From an uncultured Haliea sp. (GTDB taxonomy: Bacteria; Pseudomonadota; Gammaproteobacteria; Pseudomonadales; Halieaceae), in assembly GCA_913061145.1 (NCBI GenBank), contig CAJXUQ010000003.1, positions 123,208-187,207 of the forward strand: 64,000 bases of DNA. Direction: 5' to 3'. Below, one piece after another: positions 54,080-64,000 of this stretch (the first letter of the stretch is position 1; every line of letters begins with the position of its first letter). The notes beneath the pieces were generated by a model, which was given only the letters and a program-made list of their open reading frames with translations, made no database searches and was not told the origin of the DNA. Both the position numbers and the translations under genes were made by a program.

Positions 54080-55978
54080 TTGCCTGAGAGACCTCAACCG
54101 CTGGGATCCAATACTGGTGTGAAGCGCTTTAACCTCACCTTCTCGGGGAAAATTCTACCCGGCACGGACCCCGCCACCGCGCGCAGGCACTTTGGCCAAC
54201 TTTTCCAGATACGCGATCCGGCGCGTGTCGAGCGCTTCTTCAGCGGTGACACGGTCACTCTGCGGCGCAGCCTTGAGCAGAAGGCAGCGGCCGCGTGGTT
54301 CGTGCGGATGCGCGGTCTCGGCCTGCAGGCACACCTCGAAGCGGCCCCTCTGGCGCGCGCTGCCACCGCGGCCGCGCCGGGTCACCGTCGGCCGATACGG
54401 ACCCCGGCCTCACCCGGCCATGCGCGCTGGGGCCCCAATCCCTATACACTCAAGCCCTATCGGGCACCCGCCCCCGCAGCAGAGCGTGCCCGGCAGGCGG
54501 CGCGGCGCGCACACGTCGCACTCGCCGTCGCACTGCTCACGCTCTGCCTGCTGTTTGCACTGGATGCCCTGGAACAACTGCTGCCACCGCCGCCGGCGCT
54601 GCCCACTCTGCAGGCCGCAGCCACCAGTGAATCCGGTGAGCTGATGCTGGCAACGTCCAGGCTGCTACTGCACCATGACCGGTCAGGTGCACAGCTGGGT
54701 GTTATCAGCGCCACGGAACTGGGTCTCACTGCACCCATTGAAAAACTGCTTTGGCTGAACAGCGAACGCTTGCTGGTTCGGGTTGCAACCACCGAGGGCG
54801 GCAACCTGTATCGCTGCACGATCGCGGACAAACAGTGTCGGGCCTTTGCGGGTGACCAGGGCCACTGGCGGGCGGATGCCATGGTACGCGTGCCCAACAG
54901 CCGTCACCTGGTGCTCGCCGACAGCGTCGGCGGCAGGCTTTGGCGGGTCGATGGCGTCGGCAATACCATCGCCGAAGGAAAGGCGTCGCTGCCGGCAAAC
55001 CCGACCTTGCGTATTCACGACGGACTCCTGCTCAGCAGTAGCGCCGCCGGCCCCGCGCTGAGCGTGTTCCGCTACGAGCCCAGCGCATTCGCCCAGCAAT
55101 TGGATGAACTTCTGCTGTTGCCGGAAGCCGCGCTGGCAGCAGAGCTCGACAGGGTTCAGGATTTCGCCCGCGCAGGCTCTTTCTGGTGGGTGGTACTGGA
55201 GAACGCCGGCAGCGGCCAGCGCGGCGTGTTCCGCTTCGACAGCCAGTGGAACGCACTACCCCCCGTCCTCCCACCCTCGGCGGCTGCATCGATGACGCTG
55301 GTGCCCTGGGGGGACCGCATGCTGCTTTTGCGCGCCGGCGACAACGCGCTGTTGCGCTTCGCTGCCGATGGCGCCGCAGGTAAGGCGCTGCAGTCTCAGG
55401 CGCTGACCGAGCGTGCGGCACAGCGCGGCCGGGCGTTGCAGCTGCGAGCCACGGCGCTGCACAGCGGGCGGGGCCTGTTGCTGGTGCTCAGCGCACTGGC
55501 GGCCTGTTTTGGCCTCTGGCAGTACGGCCGACAGCGGGTATTTGCTGCTGAGCGCGGCCGCCATGCGCCGCTGCTCGGGCCGCGCATCAACGAGGTAGAG
55601 TGGTTGAAACCCATGGACGCAGCGCAACGCGGCACGCTACGCCGCGCGCGGACCCGTGGGTACATCGGCCTGCTAGGGCCCCTGCTTGTACTCGTTGATC
55701 ACCGCGGCGTCTACCATGCGGGCAACGGCATTCAGATTCAGCGACACCCCCGCTTCCTGCGCATCGAAGGGGTGCAGGTCGACATCGGCAGCCGCCATCG
55801 ACCGGCATTCGATACTACGCGCTGGGGAGCGGTCGAGTCGCTACTCTCTGGCAGCAGCCGCAGTGACATGACTGCGGTGCTGATCACGATGCTGGAGTCT
55901 CGGCAGCCGCTGGCGCTGGCGGTCAGCGCCGCTCTGGTACTGTTGTTGACGGCGGGCATGCTGATGCTTCTGGCCTGA
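54080..55978 (+). CDS. Hypothetical multi-domain membrane protein
   Basis: 632-aa ORF on the operon strand with three hydrophobic segments and a central repetitive beta-rich region. The start codon is uncertain (TTG 54080 or a later GTG). Confidence 0.7.
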   Translation: MPERPQPLGSNTGVKRFNLTFSGKILPGTDPATARRHFGQLFQIRDPARVERFFSGDTVTLRRSLEQKAAAAWFVRMRGLGLQAHLEAAPLARAATAAAPGHRRPIRTPASPGHARWGPNPYTLKPYRAPAPAAERARQAARRAHVALAVALLTLCLLFALDALEQLLPPPPALPTLQAAATSESGELMLATSRLLLHHDRSGAQLGVISATELGLTAPIEKLLWLNSERLLVRVATTEGGNLYRCTIADKQCRAFAGDQGHWRADAMVRVPNSRHLVLADSVGGRLWRVDGVGNTIAEGKASLPANPTLRIHDGLLLSSSAAGPALSVFRYEPSAFAQQLDELLLLPEAALAAELDRVQDFARAGSFWWVVLENAGSGQRGVFRFDSQWNALPPVLPPSAAASMTLVPWGDRMLLLRAGDNALLRFAADGAAGKALQSQALTERAAQRGRALQLRATALHSGRGLLLVLSALAACFGLWQYGRQRVFAAERGRHAPLLGPRINEVEWLKPMDAAQRGTLRRARTRGYIGLLGPLLVLVDHRGVYHAGNGIQIQRHPRFLRIEGVQVDIGSRHRPAFDTTRWGAVESLLSGSSRSDMTAVLITMLESRQPLALAVSAALVLLLTAGMLMLLA

Positions 55979-56084
55979 TCAACCGATATCCCGCGCGGCG
56001 CCATAAGCACAAATTCGTTATACTCGGCGTTCGCCAACGCCCGGAACGACCGCCGCCCAAGGCGACAAGGAGCACGCGCCCCGA

Positions 56085-56876
56085 ATGGACAAGCCACACC
56101 CGAAACGCAAGCGCAGCCGGCAGAGACGGGACGTCGCCTTGATGGTCACCTGCCTCGCGGATCTGATGCGCCCATCGGTCGGCTTCTCGGCAATACGACT
56201 GCTGGAACGCGCGGGCTGCCGCGTCACCGTGCCGGAGCAGCAAACCTGCTGTGGCCAACCTGCCTACAACAGCGGTGAAGTCGATGCGGCGGTGCCGGTT
56301 GCACGTGCCGTCATCGAAGCCTTCGAGCCTTTTGACTACGTCGTCGTACCCTCCGGCTCCTGCGCAGGCATGCTCAGCCACCACTACCCGGCGCTGTTTG
56401 AGGGGGAGTGGCACCAGCGCGCCCTGGCGCTGTCCGCAAAAACCTGGGAGCTGACGCGTTTCCTGACTGAAGTGGCGCGGCTGCCCGCGCCGCGGCACAA
56501 GCCACTGGAGAGTGCCGTCACCTACCACGACAGCTGCGCCGCTCTGCGCGAGCTCGGTGTGCACCAGCAACCGCGGCAGCTACTACAGGAGCAATGTGGT
56601 GTGCAGGTGAGTGAGCTGAGCCAGAACCAGGTCTGCTGCGGTTTTGGCGGCACCTTCTGCGCGCGCATGCCCGAAATTTCCGCGAAGATGGCCGATGACA
56701 AGCTGGACAATGCGGTCGCTTCCGGGGCGACTATAGTGGCCGCCGGCGATCTGGGCTGTCTGCTGCACCTTTCCGGCCGCGCCCGCCGTCGAGGCCTCAA
56801 GCTGGAGTTCCGGCATGTTGCCGAGTTGCTCGCCGGTGATCCTCGCGGCCCCGGCATCGGAGAGGGTCGGGAATGA
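56085..56876 (+). CDS. lutA: Lactate utilization protein A (CCG-domain Fe-S protein)
   Basis: VTCLADL, QTCCGQP, SGSC, TYHDSC, CCGFGGTF and DLGCLLHL. Confidence 0.9.
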   Translation: MDKPHPKRKRSRQRRDVALMVTCLADLMRPSVGFSAIRLLERAGCRVTVPEQQTCCGQPAYNSGEVDAAVPVARAVIEAFEPFDYVVVPSGSCAGMLSHHYPALFEGEWHQRALALSAKTWELTRFLTEVARLPAPRHKPLESAVTYHDSCAALRELGVHQQPRQLLQEQCGVQVSELSQNQVCCGFGGTFCARMPEISAKMADDKLDNAVASGATIVAAGDLGCLLHLSGRARRRGLKLEFRHVAELLAGDPRGPGIGEGRE

Positions 56877-58303
56877 AGCTCGCCAGCAATGAGTTCCTGC
56901 AGGCCTCAAGTGCTGCCCTGTTGGAGGAAGACAAAGCACAGCGGCGCTCGCTCATCGGTCAGTTCCTGCCCCTGGCGCGGGACGCAGCCGCCAGTGCCTA
57001 TGGCGATTTCGACGCCCTGCGCGCACACATGAAACGGGTGCGGCGTCACACCATGACTCATCTCAGTCATTATCTGGAGCAGTTTGAGGAGGCAGCCGTA
57101 CAGCACGGCAACCAGGTGCACTTTGTCGCCAACGCAGAGCAACTCAACAGCAAGGTGCTCTCGATCTGCCAGGCGCACAACGCCCGACGCGTGGCCAAAG
57201 GCAAATCGATGGTCACAGAGGAAACCGGCCTCAACGAACTCCTGCTCAAGGCAGGGCTGGACGTGCTGGAAACTGACCTGGGTGAGTACATCATCCAGCA
57301 GGCGGGCGAGACGCCCAGTCACATCGTCGGACCGGCACTGCACAAATCGCTGGCGGAAATCCGCCAGCTGTTCCTCGACAAACACAAGCTGGGAGACCGC
57401 GAACTCGAGACGGTAAGCGAAGTCGTTGAAGAAGCGCGGGGGGTGTTGCGCGAGCAGTTTCTCGCTGCAGACGTCGGCATTATCGGGGCCAACGCGCTGA
57501 TCGCCGAGCACGGCACCAGCATGCTGGTCACCAACGAGGGTAACGGCGATCTCTGCGCCAACCTGCCGCCGGTGTTGATCGTCTGCACAACCTTCGAGCG
57601 CGTACTGCCTCGCGCCGAAGATGCCATGGCACTGCAGCGCCTGCTGGTGCGCTCCGCTACAGGACAGCCACAGACCTGTTATACCAGCTTTTACACGGGC
57701 CCGCGCCGAGAGGACGATGTGGATGGCCCTCTGGAAACCCATATCATCCTGCTGGACAACAGGCGCAGCGATATCCTCGCCAGCGACTACAGTGAAATGC
57801 TTGACTGCATTCGCTGTGGCGCCTGCCTCAACCACTGTCCCATTTACATTGGCGTCGGTGGACACGCTTACGGCTGGGTCTATCCAGGCCCGATGGGTTC
57901 GGTGTTGACGCCGCTGCTCACGTCACTGGAGCAGGCGCACCATCTGCCCAACGCCTGCACCAGCTGTGGCCGCTGCGCGGAGGTCTGTCCGGCGAATATT
58001 CCGCTGCCGGACCTGCTACGCGACCTGCGGCAGGACGAGAGCGTGCAGCAGTTGAAACCGGCCCGCTGGCGCAACGGGCTGCGGTTGCACGCGTGGTTGC
58101 TGCGCCATCCAGGCCTCTACCGCAGTCTCACCGGCTGGACTATAAGCGTGCTCGGCCTGCTGGGCAAACGCCGGGGCGCGTTTCGCCGCCTGCCCTTTGC
58201 GGGCGGCTGGACCGGCCAGCGCGACGTCCCGGCACCGGAAGGCGGAGGCACATTTATGCGTCAGTATGCGGCACGCCGACGCAGGGGAGGCAAACGTGGC
58301 TGA
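56873..58303 (+). CDS. lutB: Lactate utilization protein B (4Fe-4S)
   Basis: KGKSM, ETDLGEYIIQ, NEGNG, CIRCGACLNHCP and CTSCGRCAEVCP. Overlaps lutA by 4 nt (ATGA). Confidence 0.93.
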   Translation: MKLASNEFLQASSAALLEEDKAQRRSLIGQFLPLARDAAASAYGDFDALRAHMKRVRRHTMTHLSHYLEQFEEAAVQHGNQVHFVANAEQLNSKVLSICQAHNARRVAKGKSMVTEETGLNELLLKAGLDVLETDLGEYIIQQAGETPSHIVGPALHKSLAEIRQLFLDKHKLGDRELETVSEVVEEARGVLREQFLAADVGIIGANALIAEHGTSMLVTNEGNGDLCANLPPVLIVCTTFERVLPRAEDAMALQRLLVRSATGQPQTCYTSFYTGPRREDDVDGPLETHIILLDNRRSDILASDYSEMLDCIRCGACLNHCPIYIGVGGHAYGWVYPGPMGSVLTPLLTSLEQAHHLPNACTSCGRCAEVCPANIPLPDLLRDLRQDESVQQLKPARWRNGLRLHAWLLRHPGLYRSLTGWTISVLGLLGKRRGAFRRLPFAGGWTGQRDVPAPEGGGTFMRQYAARRRRGGKRG

Positions 58304-59000
58304 ATCCGTCAGGGCTGAGCTGTTCGCCCGACTACGCGAACAGGAAACCGCCGTGGAGCCCGAGCAGATAGCGCTCGCGCTCGCTGCACTTGGCCACGCG
58401 GAGCCCGCGCGAACACCGCACGCTGACGTGCACACCGCGTTCCTGGCCAATGTGCTGGCCAACAAGGGCACCGTGGAACTGGCTCGGGATCGCGGTGCCG
58501 CGGTGCAGGCCATAGGGCGCTATCTCTACCAACGCTTTCGCACCCATAAACTCGTTGCAGGTAATGACCCGCGGCTGGCGGCGATGCCCTGGCGGGATGG
58601 TGGTGTACTGCCGCGATTCGGAGCGGCTGAAAACGGTGACTCGGCGGCATTGAGCTATGCCAGGTTGGGGGTTGCCGAGACCGGCGCCATCGTGACCTAC
58701 ACGGGCCGCGCCAACCCGGGGCGCAACAACCTGTTACCTGAAGATCACCTGGTCTTGATCAACCGGGAAGACGTTGTCGCGACCCTGGAAGATGCCTGGG
58801 CGAGAATACGTCATGACACGGCGGCAAGCGGCTGGCCACGCGGCATCCAGTTTATCGCCGGCCCTTCGAGCACTGCCGACGTGGAAGCGCAGCTGGTGAT
58901 GGGCGCACACGGCCCCCGACGCTGGCATGTCATCCTTGTGGGCGACACACCAGCGGAAGTGTTGGCGCAAGCCAGTGAAGGTGTGCGGGCGCCTAGTTAG
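58296..59000 (+). CDS. lutC: Lactate utilization protein C (LUD domain)
   Basis: AETGAIV and FIAGPSSTADVE...GAHGPR motifs. GTG start overlaps the lutB stop. Confidence 0.88.
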   Translation: MAESVRAELFARLREQETAVEPEQIALALAALGHAEPARTPHADVHTAFLANVLANKGTVELARDRGAAVQAIGRYLYQRFRTHKLVAGNDPRLAAMPWRDGGVLPRFGAAENGDSAALSYARLGVAETGAIVTYTGRANPGRNNLLPEDHLVLINREDVVATLEDAWARIRHDTAASGWPRGIQFIAGPSSTADVEAQLVMGAHGPRRWHVILVGDTPAEVLAQASEGVRAPS

Positions 59001-59568
59001 GCGTGAAGTTGAACTTCTGCCCACCCAGCGTGGCCTCGTACATCAAACCGCCTTTGGCAATGGTAAACACCGCCATACCCTTGCGATAGCCGAGGCTGGC
59101 AGTGGAGGCATCATTGCGACCGCCACTGACACCGGCGCTGACACCGCCACCGGTGCTCGCTTCCGCTGACACCCCTGCGGTAATGGCTACCGCCGTGGCC
59201 TGTGCACCGAATTCGAAGTTACCGCTGGTGAACTGCTCCAGAGCCGTGGCGTTCTCAAAGAAAATGATCTGGCTGAAGGCCTGTCCACCCAGCTGGAAGC
59301 CCACCGTGAGCTGGGTCATGGTCGCTTCACCGATCATTTCACCCTGCCGGTAGACCTGCCCCTTGCCGTGTGCGCCACCGATACCAATACCCCCCTTGCC
59401 GATGGTCGGAAACAGGGCGTAGCCGTAGGCTGCATCAAAGTAGGCGGCACTTTCGCCGGCACTGCGAAATGACGCCAGTGCCTCGGCGTAATTGTCGGCC
59501 CTGGCCAGAGGCGAGAGCGCCAGCGCAAGCAGAAGGTACAGGGCGGACACTACGTTGGTCTTATTCAT
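58993..59568 (-). CDS. Ysc84/SYLF-like exported lipid-binding protein
   Basis: Signal peptide, FPTIGKGGIGIGGAHGKG, GFQLGGQ and KGGLMYEATLGGQKF. Confidence 0.8.
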   Translation of the reverse strand: MNKTNVVSALYLLLALALSPLARADNYAEALASFRSAGESAAYFDAAYGYALFPTIGKGGIGIGGAHGKGQVYRQGEMIGEATMTQLTVGFQLGGQAFSQIIFFENATALEQFTSGNFEFGAQATAVAITAGVSAEASTGGGVSAGVSGGRNDASTASLGYRKGMAVFTIAKGGLMYEATLGGQKFNFTPN

Positions 59569-59654
59569 GGACTGCCTCACATTTCTTGTTGGGAACCAGC
59601 CTGAACCATAGCACTGATTGCCAAATTTCCGTAGCGCATGCACGCAGAGGGCCA

Positions 59655-62309
59655 CTATCCGGTATTGCGCATACCCGCCGCGATACCGGCGAAGGTGACC
59701 ATGATCGCCTGTTCAAGCACCCCCTGGGGTTCACGCCGCTGACGCTGCAGCAATTCCGCCTGCAACACATTGAGGGGGTCGGTGTAGATGTTGCGCAACT
59801 GAATGGATTCGCGAATCCAGGGCGAATCCGCAAGCAGGGTTTCGCCGCCGCTGATTTCCAGAACCGTATCTGCATCACGCTGCAGGGCGGATCGCAGCGA
59901 CTGCCCCAGCCAGTGCAGTTCCTGCGGTACCAGACACGCGTCGTAGTGCGCCGACAACCCGGCATCGGCCTTGGCGTAGACCATTTCCAGCATCGAGAGG
60001 CGCGTGGCAAAAAAGGGCCAGCCAGCCGCCATCTCACGCAAGCGCCCCGCGTGACCGGCATCCAGCGCCTGTCTAAGGGCGGCGCCGGCACCCAGCCACG
60101 CCGGCAACATCAGGCGGTTCTGGGACCAGGCAAAAATCCAGGGAATCGCGCGCAGGCTTTCGATACCACCGCCGCCGCGCCGCCGTGCCGGCCGTGAGCC
60201 GAGGGGCAGGCCAGCGAGTTCCTGCTCAGGCGTTGCATAGCGGAAGTAGGCAATGAAATCCGGCTCCTCCCGAATCACCCGCCGATACTCGGTGCAGGAG
60301 CCGGCAGCCAATTGCTCCATGAGATCACGCCACTCCTGGCGCGGCGTCGGTGGGGTTTGCAGGTTGGCGCGACAGATTGCGCTGGTGTAGAGCGCCAGGG
60401 TCTTCACCGCAAGTGAGGTCCAGCCCAGCTTGGTGCGAATCATTTCGCCCTGCTCGGTCACCCGCAGGCCCTGTTCCAGTGACCCTGGGGGCTGAGACAG
60501 CAGTGCCGCCTGTGCCGGCGCGCCGCCCCGCCCTATCGTACCGCCGCGGCCGTGAAACAACGTGAGGCGCACATCACTGGCGGCGCACACCGCCAGCAGC
60601 TCTTCCTGCGCCCGGTATTGCGCCCAGGCCGCCGCCAGTACACCTGCATCCTTCGCCGAGTCCGAGTAGCCAATCATCACCATCAGCTGCCCCTGGATGT
60701 GCCCGCGATACCAGGGATCCGCAAGCAGGGCCGTGACCACCTCGCGAGCCCGGGACAGGTCATCGAGGGTCTCAAACAGCGGCACCACCGGCAGGTCGAA
60801 GGGGCAGCCGGCCTCGCGCAGCAGCAGGTGCACCGCCAGCACATCGGAGGCCTGACGGGCCATGGAGATCACGTAGGCCCCGAGCGCCTCACGGGGCTGA
60901 CGGGCCACCACCGCAAAGGTGGCCAGTACTTCGGCCACCGCCTCGCTGGGTGTCCAGCGGGGCGGCACCAGCGGGCGCCTGCTGGCGAGCTCCTGGCGCA
61001 GAAACGCGCAGCGCGCATCCTCGTCCCAGGCGGCGTAGTCACCCAACCCCAGCCAGGTGGTCAGCTCGGAGAGCGCTTCCGTATGCCGTGCACTGTCCTG
61101 GCGGATGTCGTGGCGCAGCAGATGCACCCCGAAACAGCGTACTCTACGCAGCAGATCCAGCAGGGCACCGTCCGCGATCACCTGCATCCCACAGGCCTGC
61201 AGAGAGTGGTAACAGAGGGAGAGCGGCTGCCACAGATCCTCCCGGGTCAACAGTGACGCACTGTCGGGGGACGCGCCGGCCAGAGCCGCCTCGATCGTCT
61301 GCAGGTCGCTTTTCAGCCGCTCGCGCAAGCGCCGCAGAACGGCGCGGTAGGGCTCGTGGGAACCATCGGCCGCCTCGGCGAGAGCCGGAACGCAGACAGT
61401 CATGGACAGCTCCTCCACCAGTCGCGTCACGTCCTGCAGGTAGAGCTGGATCGCCTGCCAGCGGCTCAGCCAGAGCACTTCAGAGGTCACTTCGGCGGTA
61501 ACGTTGGGATTGCCGTCCCGGTCGCTGCCCATCCAGGAACCAAACGTCACCGGAGCCGCCTCCAGGGGGAGCCTGCTGCCGCAGCATTCCTGCAGCGCCG
61601 CATCAAGCCGGCGCATGTACTCCGGCACCGCACGCCACAGGGAGTCCTCGACCACAGCGAAGCCCCACTTCGCCTCATCGACCGGGGACGGCCGCTCGGT
61701 GCGGAAATCATCTCCGTACCAGATCTGGGCAATCAGCTCACGCAGACGGGTGTGCAGCTGTTCCTGTTCGCGCCGGGTGAGGCCGCCCAGTTCCAGTTGT
61801 GACAGGCAGCGACCGATCTCGGTCTGCTTGTGGATCAGGGTGCGCCGCATGATTTCTGTGGGGTGAGCGGTGAGCACCAGGTCGATGCGCAGGGCCGCGA
61901 CGGCGTTGACGATAGACTCAGCCGGAACGCCCTCCTCCAGCAGGGCTTCGAAATTGCCGCTGAGGTTGCGGGACGCTGAGAACAGGGGGTCCATCTGCCG
62001 TGACACGGTGTGGTGCTGGTCGGCAATATTGGCGAGATTGAGGAACTGGCTGAATGCACGCGCTACCGGCACCAGCTGCTGGTTGTCCAGCGCGCGCAGC
62101 ACCGCCAGCAGCTCGGCGTGAGCGGCATCCTCGCCGCCGGCCCGCGCCGACTTCGACAGGCGGCGGATTTTCTCCACGAGGTCCAGAAACTCGGGGCCGT
62201 TCGCCGCGGCGATCGTGTCGCCCAGCAGATGGCCGAGAAAGCTCACGTTGCTGCGCAACTCACTGTAATCGGAACGCTCACCGCTGCCAGCTTCCCGGGT
62301 GGCTACCAC
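59655..62309 (-). CDS. ppc: Phosphoenolpyruvate carboxylase
   Basis: [40 protein letters not shown] and C-terminal [10 protein letters not shown]. Confidence 0.98.
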   Translation of the reverse strand: MVATREAGSGERSDYSELRSNVSFLGHLLGDTIAAANGPEFLDLVEKIRRLSKSARAGGEDAAHAELLAVLRALDNQQLVPVARAFSQFLNLANIADQHHTVSRQMDPLFSASRNLSGNFEALLEEGVPAESIVNAVAALRIDLVLTAHPTEIMRRTLIHKQTEIGRCLSQLELGGLTRREQEQLHTRLRELIAQIWYGDDFRTERPSPVDEAKWGFAVVEDSLWRAVPEYMRRLDAALQECCGSRLPLEAAPVTFGSWMGSDRDGNPNVTAEVTSEVLWLSRWQAIQLYLQDVTRLVEELSMTVCVPALAEAADGSHEPYRAVLRRLRERLKSDLQTIEAALAGASPDSASLLTREDLWQPLSLCYHSLQACGMQVIADGALLDLLRRVRCFGVHLLRHDIRQDSARHTEALSELTTWLGLGDYAAWDEDARCAFLRQELASRRPLVPPRWTPSEAVAEVLATFAVVARQPREALGAYVISMARQASDVLAVHLLLREAGCPFDLPVVPLFETLDDLSRAREVVTALLADPWYRGHIQGQLMVMIGYSDSAKDAGVLAAAWAQYRAQEELLAVCAASDVRLTLFHGRGGTIGRGGAPAQAALLSQPPGSLEQGLRVTEQGEMIRTKLGWTSLAVKTLALYTSAICRANLQTPPTPRQEWRDLMEQLAAGSCTEYRRVIREEPDFIAYFRYATPEQELAGLPLGSRPARRRGGGGIESLRAIPWIFAWSQNRLMLPAWLGAGAALRQALDAGHAGRLREMAAGWPFFATRLSMLEMVYAKADAGLSAHYDACLVPQELHWLGQSLRSALQRDADTVLEISGGETLLADSPWIRESIQLRNIYTDPLNVLQAELLQRQRREPQGVLEQAIMVTFAGIAAGMRNTG

Positions 62310-63304
62310 TGGCTGAACCTCCGCAACAGATCACACACGCGGGCCGAGTAGCCCCATTCATTGTCATACCAGTTAAGCACGCGCAGATAGCGCTCGTTGA
62401 CAACCGCCGTGAAGCCCGCGTCGTAGATGGACGAGTGGGCGTTGCCAATGATATCCGTCGAAACAATCGGTCGTTCACTGAAGGCGAGGATACCTTGCAG
62501 GGCTGGGGAGGCGGCGGCCGTGCGCACCGCCTCGTGCACCGCATCCACCGTAACCGGGCGAGCCAGTGTGACGAACAGATCGACCACTGAACCGTCGGGA
62601 ACCGGTACCCGCGAGGCGATGCCGTGCAGGCGCCCCTTGAGCTGCGGCAGCACCTCACCCACCGCTTTCGCCGCCCCGGTTGAGGTGGGGATGGTGTTCT
62701 CCGCGGCCGCCCGACTGCGCCGCCAGTCCGAGTGCGGCACATCGGCGAGTCGCTGGTCGTTGGTGTAGGCATGCACCGTGTTGATCACGCCCTCTTCGAT
62801 CCCGAAGGCGCTATCCAATACGCTTGCCATGGGCGCGAGACAGTTCGTCGTGCAACTGGCATTGGAGACAATGCGATGCTCCGGCCGCAAGCCATCATCG
62901 TTGACACCCAATACCACTGTGTAATCGATCGGGTCAGACGCCGGCACAGTGAGCACCACCCGACCCGCGCCCGCCCGCAGATGCCCCTCGAGCTGGCTTC
63001 GCTTGCGAAAGGCGCCTGTCGCCTCCACCACAGCATCGATGCCCATCTCTCCCCAGGGCAGGGCTGCTGGATCGCGCTCGCTGATCAGCTTGCAGCGTCC
63101 ACCCGGGGTGACCAACTCGTCACCTTCCAGCGCGAGCGACTTGCCAAACGGACCCATGACGGTGTCGTAGTTCAGCAGATAGCGCAGGGCCGCATGGTCA
63201 AACAGGTCGTTGATTACCACGACCTGTATATCGGGGTCGTTCTCCAGAATGCGGAATACCGAGCGGCCTATCCGGCCAAAGCCATTGATTGCTACACGCA
63301 TCAT
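62303..63304 (-). CDS. gap: Type I glyceraldehyde-3-phosphate dehydrogenase (intact active site)
   Basis: [35 protein letters not shown] and WYDNEWGYS are all present. Confidence 0.96.
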   Translation of the reverse strand: MMRVAINGFGRIGRSVFRILENDPDIQVVVINDLFDHAALRYLLNYDTVMGPFGKSLALEGDELVTPGGRCKLISERDPAALPWGEMGIDAVVEATGAFRKRSQLEGHLRAGAGRVVLTVPASDPIDYTVVLGVNDDGLRPEHRIVSNASCTTNCLAPMASVLDSAFGIEEGVINTVHAYTNDQRLADVPHSDWRRSRAAAENTIPTSTGAAKAVGEVLPQLKGRLHGIASRVPVPDGSVVDLFVTLARPVTVDAVHEAVRTAAASPALQGILAFSERPIVSTDIIGNAHSSIYDAGFTAVVNERYLRVLNWYDNEWGYSARVCDLLRRFSQW

Positions 63305-64000
63305 GCCGCCTCCTCAGTGTGGTCCAGTGCCGCATACAGACGCGCCACATCAAGTAGGCGTGCTGCGTGGCCCAGGGTCTCATACCAGCCCAGGGCCTTG
63401 ATGGTGTGCTTGCCGGCCTTGATGGTGCCGCAGGCATCGAATACCAGCGAGTGGGGATTGCCAATGACGTCCGAGGACACCACCGGGTCCTCCACGACGG
63501 TCACAATGTCCGCGTAATCCCCCGCGTGGCGACGCATGCAGTCGTTGACGGCGTCAGCCGTTACCGCCGTGTCGGCGAAGACCAGGTTGACGTCAAGCAG
63601 GCAGCCCTGATGGATCGGCACATTCAGGGCGGAGGTCAGCACTTTGCCGGCGAGCGCGGGCAGCACGTGCCCCAGCCACGCCCCTGCCTCGTGCTGGTTG
63701 GGAATGATGTTCTCTGCAGCGGAGCGGCTGCGACGGAAGTCGCTGCCCGCATAGTCCTGCAATACCTGGTCGGAGGTGTAGGCGTGGACCGTGGTCATGC
63801 TGCCGCACTCGATGTCAAACTCCCCGGACAACGCATGCAACAGGAGGCACAGCGCCGTCGTGGTGGCCGAGCCTGCGGATATCATACGATCAGCTGCCTG
63901 AATGCTGTCGCTGTTGATCCCCGGCATGACGAGGCGATCAATGTGATCGCTGGGCAGGGTGCGCAACAGCACTCGCGGCGCACCCGCCTGTAGGTGCTGG
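63301..64000 (-). CDS. GAPDH-family paralog lacking the catalytic Cys (probable pseudoenzyme), 5' end outside the window
   Basis: The frame is open to the window edge (...QHLQAGAPRVLL...). It reads SAGSATTTALC in place of [11 protein letters not shown], while HAYTSDQ and RRSRSAAENIIP are retained. Confidence 0.85.
   Translation of the reverse strand, partial: QHLQAGAPRVLLRTLPSDHIDRLVMPGINSDSIQAADRMISAGSATTTALCLLLHALSGEFDIECGSMTTVHAYTSDQVLQDYAGSDFRRSRSAAENIIPNQHEAGAWLGHVLPALAGKVLTSALNVPIHQGCLLDVNLVFADTAVTADAVNDCMRRHAGDYADIVTVVEDPVVSSDVIGNPHSLVFDACGTIKAGKHTIKALGWYETLGHAARLLDVARLYAALDHTEEAA

Noticed and set aside
63301-64000. Calling the second GAPDH-like gene epd (erythrose-4-phosphate dehydrogenase)
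   Set aside because: Epd retains the SCTTN catalytic Cys. This protein has Ala there and has lost other active-site residues.

Overview
A 64 kb, GC-rich chromosomal segment from a gammaproteobacterium. Gene content and order suggest a marine Cellvibrionales/Halieaceae-like organism, which is an inference. No rRNA, tRNA, CRISPR array, IS element or prophage was recognised. The left part (1-22 kb) is accessory or catabolic. It holds an AGCS symporter, three SDRs, an old yellow enzyme, a SnoaL-like protein, a KshA/Neverland-like Rieske oxygenase, SLC13 permease plus DUF3604, a cold-shock gene, AraC-BVMO-carboxyltransferase, recQ, an orphan class I HMG-CoA reductase, an NTF2-like protein, AbgT and an Atm1-like ABC exporter. 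The middle (22-47 kb) is core chromosome: recX-recA with an SOS box, a GCS2 ligase/M14 deacylase pair plus ybjN, mutS-fdxA, the accA-tilS-pyrG-kdsA-eno-ftsB-ispD-ispF-truD-pcm-DUF368-nlpD-rpoS run, oadGAB and dusC. The right part holds an SDR, a di-heme cytochrome c peroxidase preceded by a perfect FNR box, an M28 peptidase, a POT transporter, a saccharopine-dehydrogenase-like protein, a large unknown membrane protein, lutABC, a Ysc84-like protein and ppc. It ends in two tandem GAPDH-family genes. The best candidate for an undescribed system is the edge-truncated GAPDH paralog. It has lost the catalytic Cys and several substrate/cofactor residues but keeps the fold and S-loop, and it is translationally coupled (ATGA overlap) to an intact gap, which in turn overlaps ppc. 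Start codons were refined by eye. All family assignments come from motif recognition, not database searches.
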